This document shows, in pieces, positions 59,853 through 64,000 of a stretch of DNA of 64,000 nt. The position numbers and the translations under genes were made by a program. Numbering within the stretch: position 1 is the stretch's first letter; each line of letters opens with the position of its first letter. The stretch is taken from assembly GCA_002269645.1 (NCBI GenBank), contig NIVC01000867.1, forward strand, positions 360,324 to 424,323, given 5' to 3'. The notes under the pieces were generated by a model, which saw only the letters and a list, made by a program, of their open reading frames with translations, ran no database searches and was not told the origin of the DNA. Source of the DNA: Macrostomum lignano. Its lineage: Eukaryota.

Positions 59853-62544
59853 GACACCGACTGATACGCTCTAGTGATCTGTAGAATTTCATGTTTAAGT
59901 CTACTAATACAGCTTCCTTGACCAGGAGAAAGCAGTTTCCTGGACCCAGGGGACCAGGCACAGGAAAAGCAATGCTGAGTTTGCTAAAGACAGGGGGCCA
60001 AATGCAGATGCTTCACAGATCGCAGACCCACATCTGGCCGCTCTGGAGACAACCGAACCTCTTTGTTCTTATTCTTCGAGTCACAGACCAAATCTCGAGG
60101 CTTGCGGGACGAAAAATCAACACAGAAGGTTCTTCCCCCCGATATGTATGACTGAGCCGCAAAAAGTATAGCATTGGTCCAACAGAGCCGTATCTGTTGG
60201 ACATATGCTCTGTCCAAGAAAGAGACCCGCTCTGTATCGATCGAGCGGTGAGATAAACCATTTTTATGGTCCTAGAGGCTTTTTTACTTCACTTTACCTG
60301 TCTATATTGTATATGTTTGGAAATGGGCATGAGGATACCCACGGCATTCGGAACCCTTTATCTCTTTTGCTTCTTCCATTTAGAAGCAAAAATCTAATTT
60401 ATTAGCCTCTCGAGCTTCTCCTTCCGACATCTTTTTTGCCACGCCACCAGGTTCCTACTGTCTCGTCCGATACTCCCCCGATAAGAAAAAAGTTTTTTTT
60501 CCAGCCTCTTTGTTTGATCCAGGCACGATCCATGGACTCCTAGATTCTACTGGACTGAAAGCGAAATTGCCGCCTGTACAAGATGAGGGCATTCTTTCTT
60601 CCCCCAGCCAGTCCGTTCCTCAGCCACCAAAAAGAATCAATCATGGAAAATAAGTTTTGAGCGCAAGACAGAATCTCATTTATTGATGACATGCCAATGC
60701 CAATAACTACTATTTCAGAATTCGGCACTGTTTATTTATGCAGGATTGGCAATTTAAAATAATCAGCAAACAGTTGGTGAAAAATGCAGATAAATAACGT
60801 TTTAGAGTCACTAAATTATAGTGCAATCGAGGAGAAAAGGCAACAGTTATCCTTATTCAAAACCACTTGTCAATGTACAACCCCACAGTCTGTGTCACTG
60901 TCTTTTCATGCACTTGCTCACTTTGGCTTCAGGCTGGAACGCGATATGTACGCGTTTGCTGTTTGGGATGCCGTGAGGGAAAGAGTGTTGCGGAGAAGGG
61001 CCCCACTCCTCTCTTCCTCAGAAAGGAACTTTGCCCCATGTTGTACAGAAAAAAATAATGTATTTTCCGTTTCCTGTCCGGGTGCTTATATATAGTCGTC
61101 CATGCATGATCAGGGTTCTCAGACCATGAATAGAATGGGTTTCCACGATTTTTGTTAGCTATGCAGCTAAACAGATATAAATCTTGGTTTTGATACATTA
61201 GGAAGGCCTTCAACAAAGCAGAACCAAGAAAGCAAGGCAGAACAAAAAACGGACTTATAGCTAGCGTTCTCGAGGTTTCAGTCTCTTTGTGTATCGATGA
61301 TGCAGTTCACAGTCGCATAAGTAGTAGTTTTTTCGGCAAATGCATTCGGGGCGGAGTCGAGAAATCAAAGCAGCTGATTGATGATTCCAAAACAGCTGTG
61401 GGAAACGATATACGTTTCAATTAATACCAATATACAATCTAGAAATCTTGACATAAACTTTAGGCTATATACGAGTCGAGCTAATAACAAATCCGTTTGA
61501 ATCTAATCACTGTCGCCCGTTAGAGGCACAACGCAGAAACGAATTTCTGCTTCAGTTGCTTCGGTTCGTATCCCGATTTTTTAAGGCCAAATCCATGCAA
61601 ATCGTGGCACACCACTCTTAAGGGAAGAGGGGAGAAGCAGAGCTAGGAAATCTTTGTTTGGTTTGCTTTGTTCTTTCGTATAGAGCTTTGGTATATATTG
61701 GCTTAATTATATACATGTATACCGTATCACAAGTTACGAAAAATAAATGGTATCAGATATTTCAAACAGACTCAGAATAACAAGCAGTTGCATTCGCCGT
61801 TTCTTAACATCTGTACAAAAACTGCGAAAGCATAAGCGCCCTTCAAAAATCTCGAAGTCGAAAGCTGATTGAGATAGAGACATTCTTTTTGTGGGTGACA
61901 CCGACTGGCACGCTCTAATAATCGTTAGAATCTCATATCTGAGTCTCCATTAAAGTTATCTATGTCCTAACATGTATATACTAAAAACTATAATCTGACA
62001 ATAATAAAGCAACACAAGTATTAGGTTCCTCATTTTCAAATATAGGTACATGTATATTGATTGCAAGAATTGAAAGCAAGACTCAGTTTATTTTACCAGC
62101 TAATTCTTACAAAAATGCTCACACAGGATGAATACCCAGTGGTGCACTGGCGCCCGCGCAACAGATGGCGCTGGGCGCCAGAACATCGAAATTTCGACGC
62201 CGAGTTTTTCACAATTTTCACTGTACTACTTACTATCGAGAGGGCGCAGAGTGGGGGGCACTGTGTAAAAAACACGCTTTTCATAAGTCTAGGGTCTATT
62301 ATTAGTAATTTTATGTTCCTGGATCTCCATTTTTATTTGTTGAACAATTTTCAAGTCTATAACCTCATTTCAAGAAATAATACGCTCGTATGTTATCAAA
62401 ATCATTCTCGGCAAAAAAGTAGCTTTTTCAGAATCTTTCAGCCAAGAATTTTTCAATAAATGCTACTGAAAGTAGGTAACTACGAAATGAAACTTTGATG
62501 ATTTTTTAAATTTCTGCTTATGAGTGTCGTCATCAATTCTTAAA

Positions 62545-64000
62545 TGGGAAATCCAGTAAGAACAATCAGAAATTGCCAAAGCTGTATTAGTAGACTCAAA
62601 TATGAAATTCTACAGATCATTAGAGCGTGTCAGTCCCTGTCTTCCCCAGAAAGAATCGTGTCTCTAGCTTAATCTGCTTTCCAGAATATCCACTCAAAAA
62701 CGGCGATTCCAGAAAATTGCAATGCATTCAAATGGTTAAATTCGCGAAAATCAATCAGCAATTGCCAAGCTGTATTAGAAGACTCAGATATGAGATTCTA
62801 CAGATCATTAGAGCGTGTCAGTCCCTGTCTTCCCTAGAAAGAATCGTGTCTCTAGGCTTAATCTGCTTTCCAGATATTCGAAGGCGGAGATTCCGGAAAA
62901 TTTCTGTATTTAAATAAGGGAAATCAGGAAAATCAATCACAAATTGCCAAGCTGTATTAGAAGACTTAGATATGAGATTCTACAGATCATTAGAGCGTGT
63001 CAGTCCCTATCTTCCCTAGAAAGAATCGTGTCTCTAGCTTAATCTGCCTTCCAGATATTCATTCAAAATGGCGATTCCAGAAAATTGCAATGCATTCAAA
63101 TGGTGAAATTCGCGAAAATCAATCAGCAATTGCCAAGCTGTATTAGAAGACTCAGATATGAGATTCTACAGATCATTAGAGCGTGTCAGTCCCTGTCTTC
63201 CCTAGAAAGAATCGTGTCTCTAGCTTAATCTGCTTTCCAGATATTCGAAGGCGGAGATCCGGAAAATTTCTGTATTTAAATAAGGGAAATCCAGGAAAAT
63301 CAATCACAAATTGCCAAGCTGTATTAGAAGACTTAGATATGAGATTCTACAGATCATTAGAGCGTGTCAGTCCCTATCTTCCCTAGAAAGAATCATGTCT
63401 CTAGCTTAATCTGCTTTCCAGATATTCGAAGGCGGAGATTCCGGAAAATTTCTATGTATTTAAATAAGGAAATCCAGGAAAATCAATCACAAATTGCCAA
63501 GCTGTATTAGAAGACTCAGATATGAGATTCTACAGATCATTAGAGCGTGTCAGTCCCTGTCTTCCCCAGAAAGAATCGTGTCTCTAGCTTTAATCTGCTT
63601 TCCAGATATTCATTCAAAAATGGCGATTCCAGAAAATTGCAATGCATTCAAATGGTGAAATTCGCGAAAATCAATCACAAATTGCCAAGCTGTATTAGAA
63701 ACTCAGATATGAGATTCTACAGATCATTAGAGCGTGTCAGTCCCTATCTTCCCCAGAAAGAATCGTGTCTCTAGCTTAATCTGCTTTCCAGATATTCGAA
63801 GGCGGAGATTCCGGAAAATTTCTATGTATTTAAATAAGGGAAATCCAGGAAAATCAATCACAAATTGCCAAGCTGTATTAGAAGACTCAGATATGAGATT
63901 CTACAGATCATTAGAGCGTGTCAGTCCCTGTCTTCCCCAGAAAGAATCGTGTCTCTAGCATTAATCTGCTTTCCAGATATTCACTCAAAACGGCGATTCC
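62545..64000. repeat. 185-bp satellite array 3 (truncated by window end)
   Basis: Same monomer family. Confidence 0.95.

Larger units (their letters stand above)
47574..64000. repeat. Head-to-tail composite macrosatellite: unit 1 47574-53313, unit 2 53314-62134, unit 3 62135 to beyond the window
   Basis: CCCAGTGGTGCACTGG starts at 47574, 53314 and 62135. The non-satellite parts of the units are near-identical. Confidence 0.93.

Noticed and set aside
48068-63958. Dozens of near-identical MSVPVFPRKNRVSSLICFPD ORFs as a tandem small-gene family
   Set aside because: They start at GTG within the satellite monomer, end at variable points and are freely frameshifted between copies.

Overview
Eukaryotic (invertebrate animal) genomic DNA. 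It is not prokaryotic, so CRISPR and operon categories do not apply. The GC-richer exons, AT-rich minisatellite-stuffed introns and receptor type suggest a free-living flatworm such as Macrostomum, but that is only an inference. I reconstructed three spliced genes by hand with consistent GT-AG sites and reading phases: (1) the 3' ~958 codons of a WDR6/Trm734 orthologue (+, 14 exons, 815-25051); (2) a complete 5-HT7-type serotonin GPCR (-, 3 exons, 36153-26709); (3) a LIV-1 family ZIP metal transporter with the ZIP8/ZIP14-type EELPHE motif (+, 6 exons, ~40114-46796). Every long WDR6 intron holds its own micro- or minisatellite, and several arrays occur as locally related sibling pairs. There are scattered tRNA-derived SINEs, a hAT-type MITE and a mariner relic. 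From 47574 to the end lies a head-to-tail composite macrosatellite (units of 5740 bp, 8821 bp and a truncated third). Each unit has a palindrome-rich head, an array of 185-bp A/B dimeric satellite monomers, a fold-back hairpin made from an inverted monomer fragment, a ~2-kb unique spacer and a solo inverted monomer. Most long ORFs in the supplied track are artefacts of tandem repeats.
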